Part shown: piece by piece, positions 44,765 to 53,818 of the stretch
How the letters are laid out: every line of letters starts with the position of its first letter
Numbering within the stretch: the first letter of the stretch is position 1
IMG/VR virus record: IMGVR_UViG_3300020049_007251
From: an uncultured virus (IMG/VR IMGVR_UViG_3300020049_007251)
Taxonomy: Duplodnaviria > Heunggongvirae > Uroviricota > Caudoviricetes
DNA: 64,000 nt
Direction: 5' to 3' (one strand)
Translations under genes and position numbers: made by a program
The notes under the pieces: model-generated
Database searches by the model: none
The model's input: only the letters and a program-made list of their open reading frames with translations
Told to the model about the DNA's origin: nothing

Positions 44765-46254
44765 GCGAATCCGTCGACGATATTGAGATCAGCGAAGAAA
44801 AGCTTCTCGAGGCATATAAAAAAGCATTCGGAAATCTCGTCAATTATCGCGCAATATTATTAAACACCGGCGACGGTGAAGTCGAGCCTGCTACATTTCA
44901 TAAAACTTGGTCGGACAGTCTTTTGTTTGGTGATGGTCACGAAGGTATCGAAGCTTTCCGTGAATCTGCAAAAACGCAATATATTTTAAGATCATTCCCA
45001 CTTCACTCTCTCACGTTCCCTTCTAAGAAATTCGATTATATCGTCATCATCAAAAACAATGCGACGCTTGCAAAAAATAAGCTCAAAGAAATTACTGACG
45101 AATATCTAACGAACCCGGCTATCAGCGCGACGCTTATTAAAATCAACGTCCAATCGGGTGACGTGTTCGATGTTGATGTCGAGGACTCCGAGGGGAACAT
45201 CGTCAACGTACGCATCGAAGCTTACGGCAAGGGTGCATCCATTCGCGGGATTGCGTTTCAGGATCGCCGGCCTAAGATCATCATCATCGACGATCCCCAA
45301 GACACCGAGGACGCTAAGTCGGAAACAGTTTTAGAATCAGATTGGAATTGGTTCTTGTCCGATGTCATGTTCTTGGGTCAGAACTCTCGCATCTTTTTAA
45401 TCGGGAACAATCTCGGCGAGAAGTGTATCGTCGAGCGTGTATTTGCAAACAAGGCCGAGCTTAACTTTAACACTTCACGCATCCCGATCGAAAGCGATGA
45501 ACACATCCCGACTTGGCCGTCGAAGTTCTCAAGCGAATTTATTGCCAAAGAAAAACAATCATATTTGAATTTAGGCAAGCTCGATATTTGGCTCCGCGAA
45601 AGAATGTGTAGGTCAGTGTCCGAAGAAACGCAGATCTTTAAGTCCGAATATTTCCCGCGTTATACTCCCGCTTTAGCTCGGAAGCTCGCATCAGAAGGCA
45701 ATGTCACAGCCACCTTAGACCCGGCGTCATCAAAGGAAAAAACGGCTTGCTTCCGCGCGATTTGTGTCAAGGTCGAAATGCCCGACGGCCATTGGTATAT
45801 TCTTGAAATGCCATATGGCCGTTGGGATTCCGCCGAGCTGATCGACAAGATATTCGAAGCGGTTATTCTTTGGGGCATTCGTGACTTTGGAATTGAAAAG
45901 GGGATGCTCTATCAAACAATCGAGCCGTTCATCGTCAAAGAAATGACTCGCCGTAATGTCAGATTTAATCTCATCCCCCTCGAGCACGGGAAAGAAGGTT
46001 CAAAGCTTGAACGCATTAAGATGCTTCAGCCGCGAGCCAAGATCAAATCGATTTGGCTTCCCGATCATGCCTATTGGCTTGCTGAATTATTGCTTGAGCT
46101 CGCCGGTGTGACGAAGGACGCGATCAAGTCCGCTTTTATTGATCTTGTTGACTCGCTTGCGATGCACGAACAAATGAGCCAAGTCCCGCTTTCAAATGTC
46201 CCGATGAACCGCAAAAAAGAAGCAGAGCTCCCACGCAAGGCGGTGATGCGATGA
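44761..46254 (+). CDS. terL: Terminase large subunit
   Basis: FRESAKT Walker A variant, IRG...RP..III.DD, LDPA nuclease, IE, K..RI, D..D.L. Confidence 0.85.
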   Translation: MSESVDDIEISEEKLLEAYKKAFGNLVNYRAILLNTGDGEVEPATFHKTWSDSLLFGDGHEGIEAFRESAKTQYILRSFPLHSLTFPSKKFDYIVIIKNNATLAKNKLKEITDEYLTNPAISATLIKINVQSGDVFDVDVEDSEGNIVNVRIEAYGKGASIRGIAFQDRRPKIIIIDDPQDTEDAKSETVLESDWNWFLSDVMFLGQNSRIFLIGNNLGEKCIVERVFANKAELNFNTSRIPIESDEHIPTWPSKFSSEFIAKEKQSYLNLGKLDIWLRERMCRSVSEETQIFKSEYFPRYTPALARKLASEGNVTATLDPASSKEKTACFRAICVKVEMPDGHWYILEMPYGRWDSAELIDKIFEAVILWGIRDFGIEKGMLYQTIEPFIVKEMTRRNVRFNLIPLEHGKEGSKLERIKMLQPRAKIKSIWLPDHAYWLAELLLELAGVTKDAIKSAFIDLVDSLAMHEQMSQVPLSNVPMNRKKEAELPRKAVMR

Positions 46255-46727
46255 TTAAATATCAACGCGAGCGCGCGCATCAGGTTTATACCGAATTAGT
46301 CCCGCTATTTAAAATGCACTGGGAAGAAGTTGCGCTTTTTAAAGACTTCCCTCTCGAGCCAAATTTCGATCAGTATATCGCGCTCGAAGAAATGGACATG
46401 CTCCGGGTTTACACAATACGCAAAGAATTGCCTATCCCGTCACAGCTTGGTAAATATGCTTATACTGCCGTCGGATATTGCGTCTTTTTTATCAATCATC
46501 ACATGCACTACCAAACCATGAAAGTTGCGTCGCAAGACGTTTTATTTATTCACCCGAAAATGCGCGGGATCGGGAAAGAATTTCTTTTGTGGTGCGAAGA
46601 ACAGCTCAAGGCCGACGGGGTAAATATTGTTACGCAACACATCAAGGTCGCGCACGATGTAAGCAAGATACTCGAAGAAATCGGTTATACTTTTATGGAC
46701 AAAATTCACGCAAAAAGGATCGGTTAA
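46251..46727 (+). CDS. GNAT-family acyltransferase
   Basis: VGY..F...H.HY, D..FIHP..RG.G, L...GY. Confidence 0.8.
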   Translation: MIKYQRERAHQVYTELVPLFKMHWEEVALFKDFPLEPNFDQYIALEEMDMLRVYTIRKELPIPSQLGKYAYTAVGYCVFFINHHMHYQTMKVASQDVLFIHPKMRGIGKEFLLWCEEQLKADGVNIVTQHIKVAHDVSKILEEIGYTFMDKIHAKRIG

Positions 46728-46729
46728 TT

Positions 46730-47020
46730 ATGGCATTCACCGCGACAGCTATCGCAGTTGCAGGGGCGGCAACAGCAGGCGCAACAGTTTACGCCGCAAA
46801 CCGTCAGGAAAAGGCCGCCGAGAAGGCCGCTAACGCGCAGAGGGATGTCGGGATCGCGCAGATCGAAGCTCCACTCAAAGCCGAGCAGGCCGCCGCTGAA
46901 AGCGCAAAGGCCAAGCTCAAGCTCTTACAGGCAAAAAAGACATCGACGATTTTGAACGTCGGCGACAATGCGGATCAAAACAATCTCAATAAAAAAACTA
47001 TTTTAGGCGTGGGGAATTAA
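46730..47020 (+). CDS. Small virion-associated protein
   Basis: Ala-rich hydrophobic N-terminus, KKTILG C-terminus typical of the gene before podoviral portals. Confidence 0.6.
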   Translation: MAFTATAIAVAGAATAGATVYAANRQEKAAEKAANAQRDVGIAQIEAPLKAEQAAAESAKAKLKLLQAKKTSTILNVGDNADQNNLNKKTILGVGN

Positions 47021-47021
47021 A

Positions 47022-48650
47022 ATGGATAAAGCAGAAGAAATTCTGATCGGATTCGAACACGCAAAGGGCGACCGCCAATCGTGGGAAGGTTCATGGGAAG
47101 ATATTTTACTTAACTGTAATCCTCGCAAGCGCGGCATTCAGGAAAAGCAATCGGCGGGGACAAAGTTCCCGTCAAATATCTATGACTCGACCGCAACGCG
47201 CGCAAATCGCATCATGGCCGCCGGGCTTTCCGGGTACATGACAAACGCAAGTCAAAGATGGTTTGAGCTTCAGACCAGAGACAGCGATTTGATGGATTCG
47301 ATTAACGTCCGTCGATATTTCTATCACGTCCAGAATCTTATTTTTTCAGCGTTAGCAAACAGCAACTTTTATCAGCAAATGGATGAGCTTTATCTTGACC
47401 TCGGGACGGTCGGAACCGGCGCGCTTCAGTCCGAGGAAGATCCCAAGAATGACGTTAGATTCTATGCCCGTCACATCCGCGAGATTTATGCGATTGAGAA
47501 TGAGCGCGAAGAAGTTGACGTCATCTATCGCAAGTTTGAATTCACCGCTTATCAGGCAATGAGATTTTTCGGTCGTGAAAATCTTGGTGACGCCGTTAAA
47601 GCCGCGATCGACCAGAAGAAATACACCACGCCTTTTAACTTCTTGCAGTACATTGCCCCGCGTCATGAGCGCGACGTTGAGCTCGAAGATGCAATGAACA
47701 TGCCTTTTCAATCATGTTGGCTAAGTCTCGACGACAAGAAGATTTTAAAAGAGGGCGGCTTCCAAGAATTCCCGATCAATGTGTGTCGATTCTATAAAAA
47801 CTCCACTGAAACCTACGGATATTCGCCGGCGTTCGAATGCTTCCCGGATATTTTGATGATGAATCAGGTCAAGCGCGTCGGCATCGAAGGCATGGAGCTT
47901 GCGATCTATCCGCCGTACTTGGTGCACAACGACGGGATGCTTTCAACGCTCGATCTTCGCGCCGGTGCAATCAACTATCAAAGACAGTCATTGACCCAAG
48001 GCCGCGCCGTCGAGCAAATGGCAATCCGCAACGACTTCAACGCCTATAAAGAAATGTCGGCCGAGACGAGACAGAACATCGAATCGGCTTTCTTTGTCGA
48101 TCTTTTTTTAATGATCTCACGTAGCGAGGGAATGACAGCGACCGAAGTCATGCAACGCGCCCAAGAAAAAATGTTGATGCTTGGGCCGGCCCTCGGCCGC
48201 CTTCAGTCGGAGCTTTTGAATCCGATCATTCAACGGGTTTATTCGATCTTGGCCCGCCGTGGTAAATTGCCGCCTTTGCCTGAAGAATTAAAGGACAAGG
48301 AATATGATGTCGTCTATGTTTCGCCGCTTGCCAAGGCACAGCGCGCGCTTCAGGCCAATGATATTCAATCATTCCTTGCAATCATTTTCGAAATGGCGAA
48401 GGTCGCCCCGGATGTCATGGATATTGTAAACATCGATGACGCCGTTGAAGAAATTGCCAAGGCGAAGAACGTCAACGCGATCGTGATGAATGATCCCAAG
48501 AAAGTCGCGCAAATTCGTCAACAGAAACAGCAGGCATTAGCTCAGAAAAATAGAATTGAAATGTTCTTAGCCGCTTCCCAAGCCGCGAATCAGACGGCGG
48601 GAGCATCGGAAGGATTTGCAAATGCAAGAGCTACCCAAAACCTTAACTAA
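47022..48650 (+). CDS. Portal (head-tail connector, T7 gp8/BPP-1 type)
   Basis: YDSTA, WF.L, SNFY, YG.SP, MTATEV..R..EK...LGP...RL..E.L.P, Y.SPLA.AQ. Confidence 0.92.
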   Translation: MDKAEEILIGFEHAKGDRQSWEGSWEDILLNCNPRKRGIQEKQSAGTKFPSNIYDSTATRANRIMAAGLSGYMTNASQRWFELQTRDSDLMDSINVRRYFYHVQNLIFSALANSNFYQQMDELYLDLGTVGTGALQSEEDPKNDVRFYARHIREIYAIENEREEVDVIYRKFEFTAYQAMRFFGRENLGDAVKAAIDQKKYTTPFNFLQYIAPRHERDVELEDAMNMPFQSCWLSLDDKKILKEGGFQEFPINVCRFYKNSTETYGYSPAFECFPDILMMNQVKRVGIEGMELAIYPPYLVHNDGMLSTLDLRAGAINYQRQSLTQGRAVEQMAIRNDFNAYKEMSAETRQNIESAFFVDLFLMISRSEGMTATEVMQRAQEKMLMLGPALGRLQSELLNPIIQRVYSILARRGKLPPLPEELKDKEYDVVYVSPLAKAQRALQANDIQSFLAIIFEMAKVAPDVMDIVNIDDAVEEIAKAKNVNAIVMNDPKKVAQIRQQKQQALAQKNRIEMFLAASQAANQTAGASEGFANARATQNLN

Positions 48651-48900
48651 GCAAGAGCAACAGGAATTTTTTGCCGCCTTGCAAATTGACTATCGAAACG
48701 TTTTTGAGTCACCGGCCGGTCGGCGCGTCTTGGAAGATTTGAAGATCATGTGTTTCGGTTACAATACGCCTTTTCACTCCGATCCGTATGTTCACGCCTG
48801 CAACGCCGGGATGAATGAAGTTTTCCGTCACATCGAAGCGATGTCGCGGCCACAACCAAAACAAGAAACAAAGCCACCAGAAAGGGCAATCACGTCATGA
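48622..48900 (+). CDS. Bbp19-like hypothetical virion-module protein
   Basis: Y..VF.S..G.RVL.DL ... G...V...I. Confidence 0.65.
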   Translation: MQELPKTLTKQEQQEFFAALQIDYRNVFESPAGRRVLEDLKIMCFGYNTPFHSDPYVHACNAGMNEVFRHIEAMSRPQPKQETKPPERAITS

Positions 48901-49880
48901 CAATGGATAATCTCAAACCCGCAACAGCGGACAATTTGGCGACCCGGTTAAAAAAGCTTTTCAAGAATGCTTCCGGCAAGTTCCCGTTCAATAACAAAGG
49001 ATTTATTAAGCTTTATCGCTCGCCCGACGGTGATGGCGGAGCAGGCGGCGAAGGCGAAGGGGAAGGCGCAGAAGGTGGCGAGGGTGAAGGCGCAGGCGCG
49101 GGAGCAGGCGGCGACAAAGGTCAAAAGCCTTGGTACGATTCGCTCGATACCGATTTAAAAACGAATCCGACAATCACGAAATTCAAGAGCCCCGCAGAAT
49201 TGGGAAAAAGTTACGTCGAACTACAAAAGGCTTTCGGCAAAGATAAAGTTGTCGTCCCGACGGATAAGAGCACTCCTGAAGAATGGGCCGCATTTTATAA
49301 CAAGACCGGCCGCCCGGAAAAAGCTGAACAGTATGAAACGCCAAGCATCGAAGGGCTCCCCGAGGAATTGCAAGTCTCGGCCGATGAGCTCAAGATCATG
49401 AAGGATAAAGCTCATGAGCTCGGCATCAACAAAAAGCAATTCGCCGAATGGTATGCCTTCCAACAAGAAATGAAGATGAACAAATTCACCCAATCCGCAG
49501 GCAACGAGACGAAAGCCGTCAAGGCTACCGAAACGGCATTGCGTAAAGAATTGGGCGCGGCGTATGAATCAAAGATTGACCACGTGAACAAACTTTTGAC
49601 GCAACACTTCAAAGACCCGGCCGCGATCAAGTTAATCAATCAGCATCTTGGTCGGAATCTTGGATTCATCAAAGGGATGTTGTCTTTGACCGGCGGCATG
49701 AAAGAAGATGGCTTAAACGGAAAAGGAAATTTCGCCGCGCTATCACCAGAACAGGCCAAGCTCGAATACGAAAAAGTCACAGCGTCAAAAGAATATAACG
49801 ACGACGCCGCGCCGGGACATCAGGGAGCCGTCGATCGCGCTACTGATCTTCTCGTCATGATGGAAGCAGGCAAGCAATGA
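48897..49880 (+). CDS. Capsid scaffolding protein
   Basis: Gly/Glu linker, KF....L.KSY.EL, FY...GRP, LR.E.G..Y; between portal and capsid. Confidence 0.8.
   Translation: MTMDNLKPATADNLATRLKKLFKNASGKFPFNNKGFIKLYRSPDGDGGAGGEGEGEGAEGGEGEGAGAGAGGDKGQKPWYDSLDTDLKTNPTITKFKSPAELGKSYVELQKAFGKDKVVVPTDKSTPEEWAAFYNKTGRPEKAEQYETPSIEGLPEELQVSADELKIMKDKAHELGINKKQFAEWYAFQQEMKMNKFTQSAGNETKAVKATETALRKELGAAYESKIDHVNKLLTQHFKDPAAIKLINQHLGRNLGFIKGMLSLTGGMKEDGLNGKGNFAALSPEQAKLEYEKVTASKEYNDDAAPGHQGAVDRATDLLVMMEAGKQ
48905..48945 (+). promoter_or_regulatory. Nested pair of RCCC/GGAYAAY internal-loop RNA motifs at scaffold gene start
   Basis: GGATAAT 48905 with ACCC 48942; ACCC 48917 with GGACAAT 48929. Confidence 0.55.
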
Positions 49881-50110
49881 GCGAAATCGTGAGCGAAAAA
49901 CAAAATTCCGAAATAGAGCTTGCAAAAATAAAATGTTCTTTATACAATTCGGTCATATCGAACGGATCAGCAGTTCAAAAGCAGGACGCCCTTAAAACGG
50001 CACAAGAAGCTTATTCGTGGTGCACGAATCACATCGGACAATCTGAAGCAAAGGTCGCCATCCCGGCGACCAAAGCTTCGGCCCCGGCGGTGAATTCGTC
50101 AAAGAAGTAA
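49877..50110 (+). CDS. Hypothetical protein
   Basis: ATGA overlap; 3' half coincides with an RNA structure. Confidence 0.5.
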   Translation: MSEIVSEKQNSEIELAKIKCSLYNSVISNGSAVQKQDALKTAQEAYSWCTNHIGQSEAKVAIPATKASAPAVNSSKK

Positions 50111-50177
50111 AGAATCACGGGAAAACGGCAACGCCCGCCCCACAATTTTGTTTTACCCGCCCGAGAGGATAACGGGG
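50024..50177 (+). promoter_or_regulatory. Structured capsid-gene leader with three more copies of the motif
   Basis: GGACAAT 50036, GGAAAAC 50120, GGATAAC 50167, each opposite a CCC within a stem. Confidence 0.55.
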
Positions 50178-50232
50178 ATAGAGTTAGGTTTTAACTTTAG
50201 TCTCTAAAATCTTCTAAAAGGGGTAATTCAAA

Positions 50233-51096
50233 ATGTCGACTCCAGACACAATCTATGCAAAGCAGTACGGCAACAACGTCTTTTTAAAAGCACAGCAAGA
50301 AGGCTCCCGTCAAAGAAATACCGTCATGGTGAAAACCGGCGTCAAAGCTGAAGAAACCTACATGGATCAGCTCGACGCTTTTGATGCTTTAGCCAAGGGC
50401 GGACGCCTTTCTCAAACCGACCCGACAGCAATCTCTGTCACCCGTCGCAGAATCGCGCTTGAAGATTATTACATCGCCAAGGGCTTAGATAAATCCGACA
50501 ACATCCGCACACTTGCCGACCCGACTTCTCCGACGGCCAAGAATGCGTCAAATGGTATGGGTCGCAAAATTGACGACCTTATCATCGCGGCCGCAACAGG
50601 CACGGCATACACCGGCAAAACCGGGACGACCGCCGTTACGTTCCCCGCAGGCAACATCATCGCCGCCGGCGGTGTTGGGATGACTTTGTTGAAATGGCTT
50701 CAAGGTCTTGAAATCTTAAACGGAAACGATGTCGATCCTTCCGATGAGAAGTTCTTGATTATCTCCTCGAAGCAGTTGACCAATCTTTTAAACACGACTG
50801 AAATCAAGTCGGCCGACTACAATTCGGTTAAAGCCTTGGTTCAGGGTGAGATCAATACCTTCTTAGGATGCAAAGTTATTCGAAGCGAACGCTTGGGCTT
50901 AAATGATTCTAGCGCGCGCAAGGTTCTTTTGTATTGCAAGAGCGGTATCGGTTTAGCGATTGGCGAAGATGTCACAAGCCGTATCGACGAATTACCGACG
51001 AATCACTACGCGAAGCAGATTTACTTCTCGATGAGCATGGGCGCAAGCCGTCTCGAAGAAGAAAAAGTCGTCGAAATCGATTGCGTCGAATCGTAA
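50233..51096 (+). CDS. Major capsid protein
   Basis: QQ.GS, RRR, D..D..R...DP.S, MGR..DD.II.A, S.DY....AL..G.I..F.G, GA.R.EE. Confidence 0.9.
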   Translation: MSTPDTIYAKQYGNNVFLKAQQEGSRQRNTVMVKTGVKAEETYMDQLDAFDALAKGGRLSQTDPTAISVTRRRIALEDYYIAKGLDKSDNIRTLADPTSPTAKNASNGMGRKIDDLIIAAATGTAYTGKTGTTAVTFPAGNIIAAGGVGMTLLKWLQGLEILNGNDVDPSDEKFLIISSKQLTNLLNTTEIKSADYNSVKALVQGEINTFLGCKVIRSERLGLNDSSARKVLLYCKSGIGLAIGEDVTSRIDELPTNHYAKQIYFSMSMGASRLEEEKVVEIDCVES

Positions 51097-51147
51097 TCAT
51101 CGGCTTAGAAATTATTTTTTAAATAATTCCAAAAAGGAGCATTTCAC

Positions 51148-51594
51148 ATGGCAACAGTTAAAGGCGTCAACAGAACAAAGCAAGATAATCCGGGCGGGGC
51201 TAATGTCATCGCTCAAGGTTACAACAAAGCAAAGCTCGGCGTCATTTATGACGAATATGAAGCGGCGGCATTAGCGGCCGCGAGCATTATTCAGCTCGGT
51301 GATAAAATCCCGCAAGGTGCGACGGTTGTTGACATCTTGATCGCCACGGATGACTTGGCCGGCTCAACTGCCACACTCGACATCGGCGACAGCCATGACG
51401 TTGATCGTTACGCAACCGCGCTCGACGTTAGCACGGCCGCCGGTGGGAATCGTTATTCTTTAATGAATGACGGTAACATCGACGGGATCGGTTACAAAAT
51501 CGGGACGAACACAGGCGACGATCAGCTTCAGGCAATCGTCAACACTAACGCGATCACCGGGACGATCAAGGTATGGGTCGTTTACGCCGTCTAA
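51148..51594 (+). CDS. Capsid decoration/cement protein
   Basis: IP.GA.V, TL.IGD..D.DRY, GTI...V.Y; directly after capsid. Confidence 0.7.
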   Translation: MATVKGVNRTKQDNPGGANVIAQGYNKAKLGVIYDEYEAAALAAASIIQLGDKIPQGATVVDILIATDDLAGSTATLDIGDSHDVDRYATALDVSTAAGGNRYSLMNDGNIDGIGYKIGTNTGDDQLQAIVNTNAITGTIKVWVVYAV

Positions 51595-51622
51595 TCAAAC
51601 AGCAGAAAAAAGGAGCAAGGGA

Positions 51623-52153
51623 ATGTTCAAGTTAAACAAGAATGCAATCATCGCAATTATGATGTTCGCCGTTCTTGCCTTGTCAAATGTCGCTTCTGCT
51701 TCAGTTGGAATCAGATTAGATGACGTTTATCAGGGCGAAGCGACCGAGATCAATCTTGATACCGGGGGAAGCATCACGACTAACGACGGAAGCAAGTTTC
51801 AGCTTCCTATCGTAAGCGCGGGATTAATCCCAACGGGCCAAGGTTTGAGCGGTAGCACGTCAATGGCCGATACTGACACAGCCGTGCCCGTCACGTATGC
51901 GTTGGTAAGAAAAGCAATTAGCTCAACGGTCAGCCTTGCCGGGACATTAGCAAACGGCGTCCCCGGTCAGGTATTGAAAATCGAAATTACGGCTCGGGCA
52001 TCTTCCGGGACGTATATTCTTAGGCCGACAACGGCAACCGGCTTTACCACCGTAACCTTTGATGGTGTCGGTGATTATCTGACTTTACTTTATGTCAGCG
52101 ATACAGTCGGTTGGATCGCTATTGGTTCGAATAGCGTCACGTTCAGCGGATAA
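51623..52153 (+). CDS. Ser/Thr-rich beta-structured protein with Sec signal peptide
   Basis: MFKLNKNAIIAIMMFAVLALSNVASA-SVG; C-terminal TLANG..GQ...I ... GD..TL.Y....GW, a pattern seen in phage structural proteins. Confidence 0.7.
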   Translation: MFKLNKNAIIAIMMFAVLALSNVASASVGIRLDDVYQGEATEINLDTGGSITTNDGSKFQLPIVSAGLIPTGQGLSGSTSMADTDTAVPVTYALVRKAISSTVSLAGTLANGVPGQVLKIEITARASSGTYILRPTTATGFTTVTFDGVGDYLTLLYVSDTVGWIAIGSNSVTFSG

Positions 52154-52163
52154 ACGAAACGCG

Positions 52164-52192
52164 GGGGCCGAGGGCGCAAAATCCTCGGCCCC
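52164..52192. terminator. Strong 10-bp hairpin just before the ligase-like gene
   Basis: GGGGCCGAGG/CCTCGGCCCC; no plus-strand U tract. Confidence 0.5.
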
Positions 52193-52200
52193 GAAAACAT

Positions 52201-53265
52201 ATGATTAAAACACTCACCATTCTCGCCACGACATTAATCGTGGCTTTAGCTTTAATCCCGCCGATTCAGTTTTTTATTTATTTCCCGGATCAAAATTTAT
52301 GGCCTTGGGCGATGACATTGATCGCATTTGCAGGCTTCTTGCTTTTCTTCATCAAGACGTCTTTTGCCGTTAAGGCCGTTAGCTTCCTTTCTTTTGTGAA
52401 TTGCTTTGCGGTCGGCGGCGGCCTGCTTGCATTCCAGAATCACGCATTGATTGTGTTCGCATGTTATTTTTTTATCCTATACACGAAAATAGACTTTAAG
52501 ATCACCGGCAAGGCGATTGCGGCGATCATATTGCTTAACCTTTTTCTTTTGATCGTCCAACATTTCAATGCCGATTCGATGCTTAACTTTGGGATCGATA
52601 GATCCCGCGTTCACGGTGTGGTCGGTCAGTCGATGCAAATGGGAAGCTTCAGCGTCATTTTATCTGCGGCGGCTTTGCCTTTTGCGTGGTGGATGATCTT
52701 CTTTCCAATAGTCACCGGCTTGATGATTGGTTCTTCATGGGCGATATTTTCTGCGGCCGTGGGGATATTTGTATTTTTTATGTGCATGGGATTGCGTATA
52801 CTCGCCGTATTATTTGCCGGCGCGGTCATTGTTTTATTTCTTTCCGTTTGCATCAGCCAAAACAAGATCGGATCTAATTTGGGCATTGGCGGACGTGCCA
52901 AAGCATGGAAAGAAACTGCAAAGCTCACACTTGAGCATCCCGTAAAAGGGTGGGGCGGCGGAAAATTCAAGTATATCTTCCCGGCGTTAGGATCGAAACA
53001 TCACAAGCCGTACACAACCGCACACAATTTCTTTTTACAGTTTGCCTTTGAATTTGGATGGCCTTTGACGATATTGGTCGGACTTTGCCTTGCTTGGTTA
53101 TTCTGGAAGCTTATTGTGATCGGCGCATTCGATCTTGCGACCGGCCTTTCGATGATCGTCGTAAATGCTCAAGTTCACTTCCCGGATAGAATGATTCAGA
53201 CTGTTTTAATAATCGTATTTTTTCTTGCAATGTGCCATAGGAGAATCGCCAATGACCGCACTTAG
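52201..53265 (+). CDS. O-antigen ligase/oligosaccharyltransferase-family (WaaL/Wzy_C) membrane protein
   Basis: About 10 hydrophobic segments; R...W....L..EHP..GWG.G.F and AHN.FLQ...E.G loop motifs. Confidence 0.8.
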   Translation: MIKTLTILATTLIVALALIPPIQFFIYFPDQNLWPWAMTLIAFAGFLLFFIKTSFAVKAVSFLSFVNCFAVGGGLLAFQNHALIVFACYFFILYTKIDFKITGKAIAAIILLNLFLLIVQHFNADSMLNFGIDRSRVHGVVGQSMQMGSFSVILSAAALPFAWWMIFFPIVTGLMIGSSWAIFSAAVGIFVFFMCMGLRILAVLFAGAVIVLFLSVCISQNKIGSNLGIGGRAKAWKETAKLTLEHPVKGWGGGKFKYIFPALGSKHHKPYTTAHNFFLQFAFEFGWPLTILVGLCLAWLFWKLIVIGAFDLATGLSMIVVNAQVHFPDRMIQTVLIIVFFLAMCHRRIANDRT

Positions 53266-53815
53266 TGACGTCTCAATTTGTAACGTTGGCTTGACGCTAT
53301 TATCAAGCTCGAGAATAACTGCCTTGACCGAGGACAGCGAAAACGCGAGAAAGTGCAATGCCGTCTATCAGATTTTACGCGACGAAATGATCGAGGGGCA
53401 CGATTGGAACTTTGCAAAACTTCAGGCGACCTTGGGGCTTGTCGCTTCTACGCCTTCGACAAATTGGGATTATATCTATCAGCTCCCGACCGATTGCATC
53501 CGCGTTTATCGTATGGCAAACGACGGCGATTTTCAGGTATACGGTGACAAGCTCTACACAAACGAGACGACAGCGGTCATCGAATATTTCGCACGGATAA
53601 CCGACCCGATGCAATTCTCGCCCGGATTTGCTTCTGCTCTTTCCGCGCGAATTGCCCGCGATTTAGCATATGGCATCACTCAATCAAGCACGGTCGCCGA
53701 CGCAATGGCAAAGAATTACGAAGCACGGTATTCAGAAGCAAAGGCTTCAGACGCGCAGGCCGGCAAGCCACAGCCGCCGCTTAGATCATCTTTTATCTCA
53801 TCAAGGGGATATTAA
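53252..53815 (+). CDS. Tail tubular protein A/adaptor (gp11-like)
   Basis: ICN..L, H.WNFA, YQLP.DC.R, F..AL...A..LA. Confidence 0.85.
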   Translation: MTALSDVSICNVGLTLLSSSRITALTEDSENARKCNAVYQILRDEMIEGHDWNFAKLQATLGLVASTPSTNWDYIYQLPTDCIRVYRMANDGDFQVYGDKLYTNETTAVIEYFARITDPMQFSPGFASALSARIARDLAYGITQSSTVADAMAKNYEARYSEAKASDAQAGKPQPPLRSSFISSRGY

Positions 53816-53818
53816 AAA

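Noticed and set aside
48990..49020. Prepilin-like cleavage site (NNKGF) in scaffold N-terminus
   Set aside because: No hydrophobic helix follows, so class III signal processing is unlikely.
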